Assembly: GCA_965208575.1 (NCBI GenBank)
Contig: CBDBOV010000003.1
Span: 512,001-576,000, forward strand
Direction of reading: 5' to 3'
Source: Spirochaetia bacterium
GTDB taxonomy: Bacteria; Spirochaetota; Spirochaetia; SZUA-6; Bin103
Length of the DNA: 64,000 bases
The notes under the pieces were generated by a model. The model made no database searches. It was not told the origin of the DNA and saw only the letters and a program-made list of their open reading frames with translations. Shown in pieces: positions 1-11,800 of this stretch (position 1 is the stretch's first letter; the number at the start of each line of letters is the position of its first letter). The translations under genes and the position numbers were made by a program.

Positions 1-212
1 AATTCAACGGCTTCTGAGCCAGGATGCGAGCGGGCGCCGTCCACCCCGAGCCCGCCAACTAGTCACCCCCTCGCATGCTTCGGCGACGCGCGTCACCGCG
101 GATCTGCCGTGCGGCGCCTGCGAGGACGCGCCCCCTGTGCTACGACGTCCCCCGGCGCGGTGGTAGTGCCCGTCCTGCAGGATGGTCTACCGCCGCGGAG
201 CGCTGGCCGCCC

Positions 213-366
213 TGGCGCGCGAGAATACCGCCTCGGCTGGCGGCTCAACTCGGCGGTGCCGGACGACCCGGGCTTCAAGGTCAGCCTTGATGCGACGCGG
301 CGCGAGGCCGCCAACGACAACGCCCCCAAGCACGGGGTGATGCTCAGAAGCCGCATCAGGTGGTGA
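213..366 (+). pseudogene. Orphan C-terminal tail of an autotransporter-like beta-barrel (fragment)
   Basis: AREYRLGWRL...PGFKVSLDATRREAANDNAPKHGVMLRSRIRW* resembles the terminal beta-strands, ending in an aromatic residue, of giant surface proteins. The upstream sequence does not continue the domain. Confidence 0.5.
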
Positions 367-563
367 GGCGCGCCCCGCCCGTGCTGCCGACCAGGCACGG
401 CCCGCGGCTAATAGCTGGAGTGGGCGACCATGCGGGCGGTTTCCAGCCGCCGGCAGCAGCGCTTCTGGGGTGAAGGCGCCGCGCGCGGTCAACTCGCTTG
501 CGAGGCCGACCGCCCGGAGTGCCGGGTATTGAGGTGCGCTTGCGGAGCGGGAGGAGGCGCCGT

Positions 564-641
564 GAGCGACAGCAGCTCCTCGTGGGTCAGCCGGTCGCCC
601 TCCTCCTCGGCTGCCAGCAGCGCGCTGACCAGATCGTCCTC
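564..641 (-). pseudogene. Short cytochrome P450-like fragment
   Basis: EDDLVSALLAAEEEGDRLTHEELLSL matches the bacterial P450 H-helix/I-helix start pattern (DDLLSALxxxxxxGDRLSxxEL). The flanks are unrelated. Confidence 0.45.
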
Positions 642-2153
642 CAGCCCGTCGCCGTCGCCGAAGTCCACCGCCACCGCCACCACGTTCTCCCCCCGCGACG
701 GCAGCACCGCCTGCTCGCCCGGCCCCTCCGCCGGCGCCGTACCCGCCACCCGCCGCCACACCGCCGCCCGCCGACGCGCACCGGCCCGCGATCATCAACC
801 GCCACCCGCTCACTTGTCACGAGACACCACCGCTCCCGCAACCGTAGCCGGGCTGACCGCCGGTATCGCGCAAACCGGACGCATACCGCGGCTGCAGCCC
901 GCCACAGTCAGCAGCACTCCTTCCCAACCGATGGTCGCCCAAAACGTTCCAACCGCACGCCAGAAACACTCGGCTTCATACCATGTGCCGAAACCGCCTG
1001 ACGATGCTTCGGGAGGGGCCGCCGTGTTCGGCTAACTGGCGTACCGCGCTCGTGATATGCGACATCGGTTTCGTAGGTCGCGTAGTAGTAAGCATTGTCA
1101 GCGCCCCGCCCTCATACGATTCGCTGACAGCCTGGCTTCGGTCGTCATCGAGTAGCCAAGTTGCGCGTCAGCGTTTGGGCATTGCGAGCGGCTCTCCGCA
1201 TCCAAGGCGTCACCCGACCCAACGCCTGATACCACGCGCTCCGTGCGCCCGTGCGCTGCCGAAGACGACAGCGCCTACCAACTCGCGCGTGGGGCTTGAC
1301 GCCGCCGGCGTGCACCGGGCCTCGCCACGACCATACTCGCTTGCAGACGAACTGAGCAAGCGTGACCTGTTCGTGGCGCGCCCTGCGCTTCATTGGGATC
1401 TGCAACCGACCTTTCAAGAATCCTGAACCAGTCGGCGGCCGGACGGGTGATCCGGCATTCGAAGTGCCGGTGCGGACGATGGCAATCGGCGTTCGCAGAC
1501 CGCCCCTCGCTGGCATCATCGGAGAATGCTCCTCTCCACGATGCCGACGCCACAGCCTTGGTAAGCCGTTTCGTCGTCGTCCGGTCCCGGCCAAGGCTCC
1601 GAAGCCCCTCTCTGGAAACCGCTCCCCCTCTATGAAGACACCACACGTCCGCTCAGCACCGCCGGGCCTCACGCACTGCCACGCCATGCACCTGCGCGGC
1701 CCGAGACTCCACGCCTCGCCATGCTGGGCTGTCGGCGACGGCGACGCGCTAGGGCGGCCACCGCCCGAATCCTGTTCATACAGTGCGCCCACGACAAGCG
1801 AGTTTGACCGTTTCCTGTTCGAGTTACGATACTTTTTCCACGTTGTCAGGAATGCGACAGAGTTTTTTACGATCCCCGCTATCTGGAACTAGACCACAAC
1901 ACGCCGAGATCGGATGGAGGGTTGAACCACATTTCAAACAGGATTCTTCTGTGCAGCCCATGTAATCGGCTGAAGAGCAACCAGTACACCCTCTCCGGGC
2001 TGAGGAGGGTAAACAAGCGGGAAGGTTACATGAGGACTCCGAAGAAAGGGGAATTTCGTTGAATCTGAGGCCGGGTGAAGAGCCAATTGCGCTGTCGGTA
2101 AGTTCCAAACGGGCAGTGAGTTGGAAGTGGGCGACTTTTTCTTTACCCCGTGA

Positions 2154-3994
2154 CCGAGGCAATTGCGCTTGCTGCAAGCCCGATGCAGGCGATCAGAAAC
2201 CAAGGGGAGGTATTTCTTACCCCACGACCTGCTGATCCCCTGTACGCGCGTCGGGAGCGCCGGTCAAGGCCCCGATGATACATCGCAACTATTTATCTCT
2301 AAAAATAATTCACGGTTCTCCTGTAACTCGCCATAGTGGCCAGTGAATCGCCATTCACAAAAGGAGAACCGCCGATGGCCACTATACCACATCCGTTTCT
2401 GTTCCGCTGGGACAGCGTCGACCAGCTGGGTGATCTCGAACGTCTGAAGCTGGTGCTCGACGCCCTCCCCGACGAGCCGCTGATGCAACTGCTGGAAGCC
2501 GGTCGCGGGCGCGGTCGCAACGATTATCCGGTGCGCCCGATGTGGAACTCGCTGATCGCCGGCTTCGTGTTCCAGCATCCCAGCATCGCCGCCTTGCGGC
2601 GCGAGTTGCTGCGCAACGGTCAGTTGCGAGACCTGTGCGGGTTCGACCCGTTCGACGGCGCACGGGCGGTGCCGAGCGAATACGCCTATACGCGCTTCCA
2701 GCGCCGGCTGCGCAAGTATCCGGGGCAGATCGATGAGCTGTTCCACAGCACCCTCGACGAACTCCGGATCGAGCTGCCGGACCTGGGCCGGGTACGTACA
2801 GGCGCTGGATGGCAAGGAGTTGCACTCCCTGGCCAACGGTCCGAGCAGCTATCCGCTGCCGAAGGACAACCAGGAAGACACCGACGGGCGCCGCGACCGC
2901 GATGCCGATTGGGGCGTCAAGGGTTCCGGCGAGAAGAAGGGCGAGAAGAAAGGCAAGAAGAAACACTACTGGTTCGGCTACCTGTTGCACTTGGTCGTGG
3001 ACGCCACCTACGAGGTGCCGCTGGCGTTCGAGGTCACCAAGGCGTCGACCGGTGAGCAGCCGCAGGCACAGCGACTGCTTGATCAGATGCAGGATCGTCA
3101 TCCCGAGCTGCTGCAACGGTGCGATCGCCTGAGCGCCGACAAGGGCTACGACGACCACAAGCTGATCAATCGGCTGTGGCAACAGCATCAGATCAAGCCG
3201 GTCATCGACATTCGCAACTGCTGGAAGGACGGAGAGGCGGAACAGGATGGCGTCCTCACCAAGCGGGTGAGCGGTCAGGAGAACGTGATCTACACCCACG
3301 ACGGCCAGGTATCCTGCATGTGCCCGCGCACCGGTGAGTTGCACAGCATGGCCTATGGCGGCTTCGAGCAGGATCGCGAGACACTCAAGTATCGTTGTCC
3401 GGCGCGCTACTCGGGGGTCACCTGCAAGGGCATGGATCGGTGCCCGGTGAGCGACGCGGTGCGCATCCCGCTGGCCGAGGATCGGCGCGTGTTCACGCCG
3501 GTGGCGCGGTCCAGCTACCGGTGGCAGGACTTCTACGACCAGCGCGGTGCCGTGGAGCGGGTCAACAGCCGCTTGGCCGGCGGCTTCGGGTTCGAGCGAC
3601 CGGGCATCCGCGGGCTGGCGAAGATGCAGTTGCGCGTCACCATGGCGCTGACGATCATGCTGGCGATGGCCGTGGGGCGCATCCGCGCCGGCCAACCGGA
3701 GAACCTGCGGAGTCTGGTCAAACCCGCCTGACCGGCGACCGCTCGCCGATCACCAAGAGAAACCCAATCCCACCGGCTCCTCAGCGAGACCGGTCTGTCC
3801 CGATCTGTGCATCGAGCCACGGATGAGGCTTGATTCCACCTCGCGGACCCCACTCAGCACACTCGCTATGGCCGTCACTCGGTCACTCGGCGCCGGGCGA
3901 GCGTCAGCGACGCCGTCAACGTCCCGGGCGCGTGCTCTCTCGTGTGACCGGCTGCTCAACGCCCCACAAAACCGCTACAGCGCAATTGCCTCGG
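2154..3994 (+). mobile_element. Insertion sequence, DDE type (IS5/IS1182-like)
   Basis: Perfect 16-bp terminal IRs CCGAGGCAATTGCGCT (2154-2169) and AGCGCAATTGCCTCGG (3979-3994). TGA flanks both ends (2151-2153, 3995-3997), a 3-bp TSD. Confidence 0.85.
2375..3731 (+). pseudogene. DDE transposase, frameshifted
   Basis: N-terminal GRGRNDYP...LRRELLRN...LCGF (DUF772-like), then ALDG, WFGYLLHLVVD, SADKGYD and RGAVERVNSRL. Split by a GTAC tandem duplication at 2792-2799. Confidence 0.85.
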
Positions 3995-4078
3995 TGAAGG
4001 TTGACTCTGTACCGGGACAAGAGGTACATCTATCGTGCTGGCCTGTATGGGTTGGTGAGATTCTCGGAGGATGAAGAC

Positions 4079-4645
4079 GTGACCCAAGAAGATCGTGCGA
4101 TGCTGAAAGAGCTTATTCTACTACAAAGAGTCAGCCTTGGCTTACAGTGTGATCAGATCATTGCGGATGAGGAAGCGGACGAGTACGTCAAGGAATCGGC
4201 GCAGTTCATAAGTGATGCATTGGCTGAAGGCCACATGTGGGCTTTCGAATGGCACGGGTATCGCTTTGAGACAATTCCTGAGAAAATCGCTGAAGCGGTA
4301 GGCAACATTCTTACGATGTGGCGCGTCATTGGGAATAGCTATCAACGGCTTTCCGAAGATGACCAGAAGGATGTTGTCAATCAGACAAGAGCCCGATTCA
4401 GAGAAGACGGAGAGTTGAAATTTCCTGGTTTTGATGGAAACGAAGAAGCCTCGCACCTATTAGTTGCAATGTTCCTGGTGGAGAAGATGAATCGGTTTCA
4501 GGAACTGAACGCACGCGATCTCAATAGTCACTGGCCGATGCTTGATGAGTATTGGAAAATGCTTTCTGTTTTTCGCTCCATCAAGGAGCACTTCGGCGGT
4601 TTGAATAAGGAGAACCTAATTCGGGTTTTGAACGCTGACAATTAG
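4079..4645 (+). CDS. YfbU-family (UPF0304) protein
   Basis: Motifs ILTMW, FPGFDGNEE and LNSHWPMLDEYWKML are typical of YfbU. GTG start follows GGAGG; an alternative ATG lies at 4100. Confidence 0.75.
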   Translation: MTQEDRAMLKELILLQRVSLGLQCDQIIADEEADEYVKESAQFISDALAEGHMWAFEWHGYRFETIPEKIAEAVGNILTMWRVIGNSYQRLSEDDQKDVVNQTRARFREDGELKFPGFDGNEEASHLLVAMFLVEKMNRFQELNARDLNSHWPMLDEYWKMLSVFRSIKEHFGGLNKENLIRVLNADN

Positions 4646-4657
4646 AGAGGCAAAAGA

Positions 4658-5029
4658 ATGAGCGTAGTTCAATCAAGATATACCGTCGGGATGTCTGACA
4701 ACCCACGTCCAATAAGATTGGCGTGGCCTACCGAGCCAGTATTGGTGTTGCTAACGGACAACACCTTGTGGAAGTATAGTAACGACAATTGGGACGAGTT
4801 ACCAAAGCCGCCTCAGCGAGGACTTGGTCGCCCACAGCTTAAATCAGGCGGTGAAATGATGACATCGGTGGATCGATCACTAGTTTCCATTGTCTGTGCC
4901 AACCCGCCAACCTGTATGTACGCGGATGGCGCCGTATTTGAACTGGTCGATAGTAGGTGGGAGAAACGAACTTCCCTTCCTAACTCGTGGGATGAATCAT
5001 TAGTAGAGCCGAGTCGGGAAAGAGGGTAA
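4658..5029 (+). CDS. Hypothetical protein (123 aa) with a weak internal duplication
   Basis: Starts 12 nt after the yfbU-like stop with a GAGG RBS and has similar AT-richer composition. Two similar segments: LLTDNTLWKYSNDNWDELP and MYADGAVFELVDSRWEKRTSLP. Confidence 0.6.
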   Translation: MSVVQSRYTVGMSDNPRPIRLAWPTEPVLVLLTDNTLWKYSNDNWDELPKPPQRGLGRPQLKSGGEMMTSVDRSLVSIVCANPPTCMYADGAVFELVDSRWEKRTSLPNSWDESLVEPSRERG

Positions 5030-5094
5030 AAAAAAGGAATTATATACGATAGTGCCTTGACGGGTTGGCGGACCTGTGGCACTATTCTGTAGCC

Positions 5095-6102
5095 ATGGAA
5101 ACCAGCACCGCCACCACCGGCCCGGGCAAGGCGTTCCGCCAGGGTGTGCCCCTGCCCGAGCTGTTCCGCACCTTCCCTGACGACGCCACCGCCGAGGCTT
5201 GGTTCGCCGCACAGCGGTGGGGCGGGACGCCAGCCTGTCCGTACTGCGGCACCGAGGACGTGCTGATGGGAGCGGCCCACAAGACCATGCCGTACCGCTG
5301 CCGCAACCACGGCTGCCGCAAGCGGTGCTCGGTCAAGACCGGCACTGTCATGCAGTCCAGCAACCTGGGATACCAGACCTGGGCGGTCGCCATCTACCTG
5401 ATCCTCACCTCCGTCAAAGGCGTGTCCTCGATGAAGCTGCACCGCGACCTGGGCATCACTCAGAAGTCCGCCTGGCACCTTGCCCACCGGATCAGGCAGG
5501 CGTGGGGCGGGGACGACGAGATGTTCGACGGCCCGGCCGAGGTCGACGAGGCGTACTTCGGCGGCAAGGAGATGAACAAGCACGCCGACAAGAAGCTCAA
5601 CGCCGGCCGCGGCACGGTCGGCAAGACCGTGGTGGCGGGGGTGAAGGACCGGGAGACCAACCGGATCAGCGCCGCCGTGGTGGACACCACCACGAAGCGA
5701 GAGCTGCACAGCTTTGTCGCCCACCGGGTAGAGCTCGGCGCCGACCTGTACACGGACGAGCTGGCTTCCTACCAGGGCCTCCCCACCACCGCGCCGTGAA
5801 ACATGGGTCGGTCAGTACGTGGACGGCCAAGCGCATTGTCAACGGGATGGAGAGCTTCTGGGCGCTGATGAAGCGCGGGTACTACGGCATCTACCACCGG
5901 ATGAGCCCGAAGCACCTGGACCGCTACGTGGACGAGTTCAGCGGCCGCCACAACATCCGCTGCCAGGACACGATCGACCAGATGGAGTTCGTCGCCCGCG
6001 GCCTGCTCGGCAAGTTTCTCCGCTACCGGGATCTCATCAAGCCGAACGGGCGGGCCGTCCGGCGCTCGGGCGCTTGTTCCGTCGAGACGCGCCGTGCGAT
6101 AG
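5095..6102 (+). pseudogene. IS1595-family transposase (frameshifted as assembled)
   Basis: Zn ribbon CPYC/CRNHGC, KGVSSMKLHRDLGITQKSAW, EVDEAY, YTDE, NGMESFW and YVDEF. Several single-base indels in short homopolymers at ~5783, ~5806, ~5836 and ~6053. Confidence 0.85.
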
Positions 6103-6367
6103 TAGCCCCCAGACGCGGCGAGAGCCCGCGAGTTAGCCGCTCGCGAGTTCTCAATCATGCCGCTGACGGGAGCAGCGACAAAGATGACTGCCGCGAACAT
6201 TGCAACTGATGGCCGCGCTCCTGTCAACAGGAGCCGTCCATGCAACGCTCCCGCCCTCGGCCTCTCAGCCGAGAGGATGCCGAACTACGGCGCCGTCTCG
6301 TCCGTGTTCAGGTATTCCCGAACGTGTCCCGTCTGGTACTAGTGCCTGACGACGTACCCGGCGGACC

Positions 6368-6714
6368 CTATCCTCCCCTCGTAAAGCACACCTCCTCGTT
6401 CTCTTGCGCCCAGCACAGCCGCGTCAGACTGCTGGGCTGAATCTCCACCACCACGGGTGGGTCAAGATCAGTGGTTGTGCCAGACGCCACGACACGCGTG
6501 AGCGTCATCGTGAGGGTGGGTTCGTTCCATACCCAGGTCCCGTGAGTCACGTGGCGCCGTCCTTTGTCGTCCATCAGCATTGATCCATCGTCGTGGTACC
6601 GCAGGACGATTCCTCCGGCGGGTCAGATACCCATCGCCCGACGATCGGGTGAACCAGATCCTCGTCGCACGCCGTAAGCAGTAGTACCACGGCCCCAATC
6701 AGCAGCACCTTCAT
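6368..6714 (-). CDS. Putative lipoprotein (IS passenger), one frameshift near 6580
   Basis: GGAGG RBS, then MKVLLIGAVVLLLTAC (lipobox) and IVGRW. Continues in the 6368..6580 frame (HGTWVW...). Confidence 0.55.
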
Positions 6715-7056
6715 GCCGCACCTCCACCGCGGGCGAGGTGCAGAAGCCGTGCTGTAGATGTCGTCAGGCCCGCTTGATGTCGCCACGGCTCAAGGAGCCG
6801 GGCCGTTTGCAAGCGACCTGTGGCACACGGTGTGTGTAGCTGAGGAACGTCCCGAGCTGTTCACCCCGGGCCAGGGGAGCTACCCCTTGCCCACACGAGG
6901 CTGTTGTATTCGCCCGGTGACCCGGCGTGACGCCGGTGCCACAGGGTCGCTTGCTATGCACAGTATCGCGCAGGAATCACGGGGAGCGCAACTAACTGTC
7001 ATTTTGGCATTGACAGTTTTCGTCTCCCGGGGGTACACCTACGGAGGAGGCTCCAA

Positions 7057-7302
7057 ATGACCGATCGGGAACGGGATGATCTACTGCTCGAACTACGGGA
7101 CGGGTTCGGCCGCCTTGAGTCCCGGATGGACGCCATCGAGCATAGGATGGGTGCAATGGAGCACCGGATGGATGCCGTGGAACGCCGGGTCGGAGCAAGC
7201 GAGCATCGGCTGCTGGACGCCATCAACGTGGTGGACAACCGCGTGAGCGATCTGCGTCGTGATCTATCGGATCACGGGATGCTGCCCGCTGCGGCAGGCT
7301 GA
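7057..7302 (+). CDS. Small coiled-coil protein (IS passenger)
   Basis: GGAGGAGG RBS; heptad repeats MDAIEHR/MGAMEHR/MDAVERR. Confidence 0.7.
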   Translation: MTDRERDDLLLELRDGFGRLESRMDAIEHRMGAMEHRMDAVERRVGASEHRLLDAINVVDNRVSDLRRDLSDHGMLPAAAG

Positions 7303-7313
7303 GGGAGAGACCC

Positions 7314-7505
7314 ATGGGAAGAACGAAGGGGAGGCGCCGGACCATCGTGGTGTCGGCCAAGGACTACCAGCCGACGAAGGCGGAGCTGGAGGAGCCGATC
7401 CGGGTGGATGTGGGCGACATGACCGTCGAGGAGGCGATGCGGCGGTTGCTCCGGCCTGTCAAGGTGCGGGAGGTCAGCTCTGCGAAGCGCCGAGAGCAGA
7501 GGTAG
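7314..7505 (+). CDS. Small hypothetical protein (IS passenger)
   Basis: GGAGA RBS, operon-like spacing, YQPTKAELEE motif. Confidence 0.6.
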   Translation: MGRTKGRRRTIVVSAKDYQPTKAELEEPIRVDVGDMTVEEAMRRLLRPVKVREVSSAKRREQR

Positions 7506-7508
7506 CGG

Positions 7509-7727
7509 ATGAGGATGGACAAGGGAGAACCCTACGCCAAGGAGATCCACACCATTGACGGTTACACCGACCGTCTCATGGATCGATCCGAGAATCTCAG
7601 GAGTGAGTTGAGCGAGGCAGAGAGAAATGGCAGCGACCGAGACATAGCGATCGCGCACGCTCAACTCCAAATGCTTACGGTAGACTATCTTAGCTTGGTG
7701 GTGGGAATCCTAACCGAAAGAAACTGA
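7509..7727 (+). CDS. Small helical hypothetical protein (IS passenger)
   Basis: Starts 3 nt after the previous stop and ends just inside the right IR. Confidence 0.5.
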   Translation: MRMDKGEPYAKEIHTIDGYTDRLMDRSENLRSELSEAERNGSDRDIAIAHAQLQMLTVDYLSLVVGILTERN

Positions 7728-8007
7728 GCAGATCGTAGCGGGCCGCAGGGCACTATCGTATATAATTCCCTTTCGGTTTGCTGTACACATACTCGTGCAA
7801 CGGCGACATCTCCCAAAGCCCTGATATCGGATCAACTCCCGCGTCAATCGAATCCCGTCCCCACTCACCCACCTGCTCACAAGGGGCTTTCGAAGCAAAG
7901 CACATCCAACGAGCCACCAATCTGTTCGGGCCACCAAGTTCCCAGCACTGTCGATCACTACCATCCAAAACCGCTTCGCGTGACCACTCCAGACACCAAG
8001 GACTCGA

Positions 8008-8826
8008 ATGAACGACCTCGAACTCGATATCGACCGAGTACGCAACTGGTTTAACCAAGACCAGAACACCCCCTATGTGATTGTGCACGTGAATCACTCG
8101 CACGCCCAGCATCTTCCCAACGAGCTTGGCACTGCGGTGCGGCGTTGCTACATCACCGACCGTCGCCTAGTCTATCACTCGGCACATAAGAGCGTACCAC
8201 AGACAGACATTATTTCGGCGAAATTACCTGACCCTGGATCCACTATGGCAGGCGACTTCGGAGAGATTCTTGTATATCTATACCAAGTTACGAGAGAGCA
8301 CATCAATACTCCTATTGGGCCAATAAAATGGCGTCTAAAGGAAGATCGCACGAAGCCAGCTCCGTATTCTGATGTCGTCCAATTTGTGCTTCCAGATTGG
8401 CCTCGCGCTAGCGCCAACGACCTCATTATATGTGCGGAAGTCAAGACAAAGTCAACCAATAGTAGCTTCGAACCCATACGAACAGCAGTTGTCGGCATAA
8501 ATAAAGATCGTACTAGCCGCTTAGCTAAGACGCTGGTCTGGCTCCGTGAACGTGCGCTAACCGAAGATCTCGGCGACATTCGGATCGCCCAACTAGAGCG
8601 TTTTATCGATACAACCAAGCATCCTCCTACGCGGAAAGAGTTTCAAGCGGTAGCTGTCTTATCAAGTGAACTGGTGCAATCGGAAATTGCAGATATATCA
8701 CACGCATTATCGGACGATTATACGATTGTCGTAATCTCGGTTCCACAGCTACGGTCGGTCTATAGTTCTGTCTTTGATGCCGCTTCTGCAGCAATCGTGC
8801 ACGCTCAATCTGCCATGACGGTTTAG
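8008..8826 (+). CDS. hamA: Hachiman HamA-like (DUF1837-type) PD-(D/E)xK nuclease
   Basis: GDFGEIL...SDVV...AEVKTK motif series; lies 9 nt upstream of a Ski2-like helicase. Confidence 0.75.
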   Translation: MNDLELDIDRVRNWFNQDQNTPYVIVHVNHSHAQHLPNELGTAVRRCYITDRRLVYHSAHKSVPQTDIISAKLPDPGSTMAGDFGEILVYLYQVTREHINTPIGPIKWRLKEDRTKPAPYSDVVQFVLPDWPRASANDLIICAEVKTKSTNSSFEPIRTAVVGINKDRTSRLAKTLVWLRERALTEDLGDIRIAQLERFIDTTKHPPTRKEFQAVAVLSSELVQSEIADISHALSDDYTIVVISVPQLRSVYSSVFDAASAAIVHAQSAMTV

Positions 8827-8835
8827 GAGCTAATT

Positions 8836-11800
8836 ATGCAGGAATCACTGGCTCGTTGGATCCGCGACGCAGACTCTACCATACACATGGACCATTTCCA
8901 GGTCTCTGAACCGTCATTGGACATTTCAGACGTTCTTAGACGGACTGATGACTACTATGTATCACTCGTCGGCACGCTGTTCGAGTACATGCGCACGGGG
9001 CTTGGAATAGGGGCAGACTGGGCGCGGCTGGGGAACGCCTTTGCTGCATTTGCTGTGGATGACTCGTCGAGATTATTCCCATCAGCATTCGTTTCGCGGT
9101 CGGAGGCAGCGTTGTACGCGGCTACGGCTTTCTATTGCGGAGGTTACCCGGCTTCGGCGTATCTGACTGCTCGAGACCACGGAGATTCTGAAGAAGGTTC
9201 AGAAGATACCACAACAATCTGTTTCGACTTGCTATCGCGGCCGGCTGAAATGCGTTCGCGTTTCGCTGGAGAGTTACGCGACGCGCTCGTCCGCGGTGAC
9301 GCACGGCTGCTGAGTGAACTCAGCGAGGCCTCGGCACGGGGTGCGTCGTCGGCGATGCTTGCGGGTCCCGATGAATGGATTCCCGCTCGGCTATCGGAGA
9401 AGTTGCTAGATAGACTCCGGCGGACTAATCTTCGAGCGGTGCTCCCCGGAGGTTTTGGTGAACTGTGGACACCGCTGGTGGAGTCTCTCGTAGCGCGCTT
9501 TTCTTGGGAGTTCTTTCCATCCCAGATCGAGGCGATCGAAGGCGGTCTCCTCAGCAGCGCAGAGACGTTTTCGCTCCAGATGCCAACCGGAGCCGGGAAG
9601 ACCGCGCTATGTGAGACCCTATTGTACCAATTCGCTCGTACGACCCGAGATTCGGTCGCAGTATTGCTTGTTCCCTATCGTTCACTCGCGTCCGAGCTAA
9701 GGGGCTCGTTGGTGAGACGGCTTAATTCAATGCATATTTCCGCTCGGTGCGCTTACGGCGGCACCGTTCCTACGGGCGCTGAAGTTCAACGCCTTCAAGA
9801 AGCACGTGTGATGGTGGCCACGCCCGAAGCGCTCTCCGGGCTCTTGAGTGCGGAGCCGACTTTTTTCAGCCGCATTGGGTTAGTGATCTGTGACGAGGGC
9901 CATCTATTGGATAGCCTCGGTCGCGGCGTGAGCTTGGAACTTCTGCTCGCACGCATGCGTGCGCGAGAGCACGGCCCGCCGCGCTTCGTCTTTCTGTCTG
10001 CTATCGTGCCGAACATCGAACAGGTGAATGCATGGTTAGGTGGTAACGACGCCACCGTAATCCGCAGCGATTACCGACCCGCCTTTGCTGAATTCTCCGT
10101 CTTGCGGACACCCACGAACCGGGTGAGCCATTCTATCGCGCTTGTCATGCATCCTCATGAAGACGAGCACATTCGTTTCCGCATTCCGGAGTTTCTCAAA
10201 CGTGCCGATTTTGCATGGACAAACCCCCACACGAACCGTCTCAACACATACGCTCCAACGACGATCAAGACCCAAGCCATCGCCGCAGCCAGAAAGTGTT
10301 TACCGATGGGCACGGTAGCGGTGTTTGCCGCAAATAAGAGAGGCACTCAGGGTGCTATTGGCCTTGTCGATGAGCTTCTCTCCCAGCTAAGATTAACACT
10401 TTCGCTTCCAAGCCCAATTTCGTACTCGGATGCTGATAGCGTCGCTCCGACGCTCGACTATCTAGAGCGGGAGTATGGAGCCGGCTGGACGGGCACACGA
10501 GCGCTGCGCGCCGCCGCGATTCTCCACCATGGAGATGTACCGCAGGAGACACGCGAGGTCTTCGAGTCCCTTGTTCGCAGGGGTGAGGTTCGTTTCGCGA
10601 TATGCACGTCCACTCTCGCCGAGGGTGTCAACCTGCCGATCAGAACGTTGGTGCTATACTCCGTTCAAAGACGGCGCAGAGGCGGCGCAGCTCAAAACCT
10701 GCTAGCCCGCGATATCAAGAACCTCGTTGGCAGAGCAGGTCGTGCCGGGGCCGCTACGAAAGGGCTTGTCATCTGCGCTAATCCCACCCAGTGGGCATTG
10801 GTGGAGCCGGCTGCAAAGAATCTTCCCGGCGAGGCTGTCACCGGTGCTCTTCGAGCTCTAACAGAACGCCTCGTCCGACGCCTCGCGGTCGGGGACGTGG
10901 TACTGTCGAATGACGTTTTGGAGGCTACGCCGGCTGTACACGCCCTGATTGATGGGGTGGACGCCACGTTGATCGATTTGGCTACGGAGGAAATCGGCGA
11001 GGATGAATTGATTAGGCTTGCAATAGAGGTGGCAGACGACACATTCGCCGCGCGGCAGGCGACGCGTGATGCATCGAAGAGATTGTTGCGCGACGTGTTT
11101 AGGTTCCGAGCACGCCGCGTTGTCTATACTAGGTCGATTGGTCGCCTCGGATGGATTCGCGAGACCGGGGCACGTGTAAGGATGCTGGATTCCGTAGAGT
11201 CCGGGTTGCTTCCTCTTCGTGATTCGTGGGAGGACTTGACAGATCCTATCGAGCCTGGGCTTGTGCGCGTGATGCTAGATTGGGCGTGGAATCAACCGGA
11301 CTTTGATCCGGCAGTGAGGACTGGTTTTCGACTCGGCGACGAGGTTGCCACGGATTCGGTACGTGGTCTGTTGGACGACATCGTTGCGGGGTGGTTGGCA
11401 GGCCACACGTTCGGTGTGATCGGGGAGTCGGTTAGGCTTTCGGTAGATGACATACTCGGCGTCCATACATCAGTTGTTGCGTTCGTACTTCAGACTCTTG
11501 TCGAACAAGCAACAGCACTACTCGAGCGATTTGTTGGCTCTCAAGGACGTGAGATGGCGGACGCTGTGAGGCGGTTTCCTGACCACCTTCGATTTGGAGT
11601 TCCTAGTGCCGGAGCACGAATACTCGCTGGTTACGGGATTCGGCACCGCCGCGCGGCCATCGAGTTGGGCGTCCTCGTCTCAGACCGGCGACCTCTCTCG
11701 CTTTCAGAGGACCGTACTACTCTTTTTGGGTTACTGAGAGATCAACTTGAACAAAATCGCGATGAATGGAACGAGCGATTGGGCGCCTTGGTCTTCGACC

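Larger units (their letters stand above)
5036..7769 (+). mobile_element. IS1595-family element with passenger genes (tIS, ISNwi1-like ends)
   Basis: Perfect 21-bp IRs GGAATTATATACGATAGTGCC (5036-5056) and GGCACTATCGTATATAATTCC (7749-7769) enclose the transposase and four small ORFs. No TSD is visible. Confidence 0.85.

Noticed and set aside
800-2150. ORFs of 60-215 aa in several frames
   Set aside because: No recognisable motifs or RBS, and they overlap inconsistently; probably non-coding or decayed DNA.
5071-6826. 12-bp direct repeat GACCTGTGGCAC within the IS1595
   Set aside because: A single short match with no clear function.
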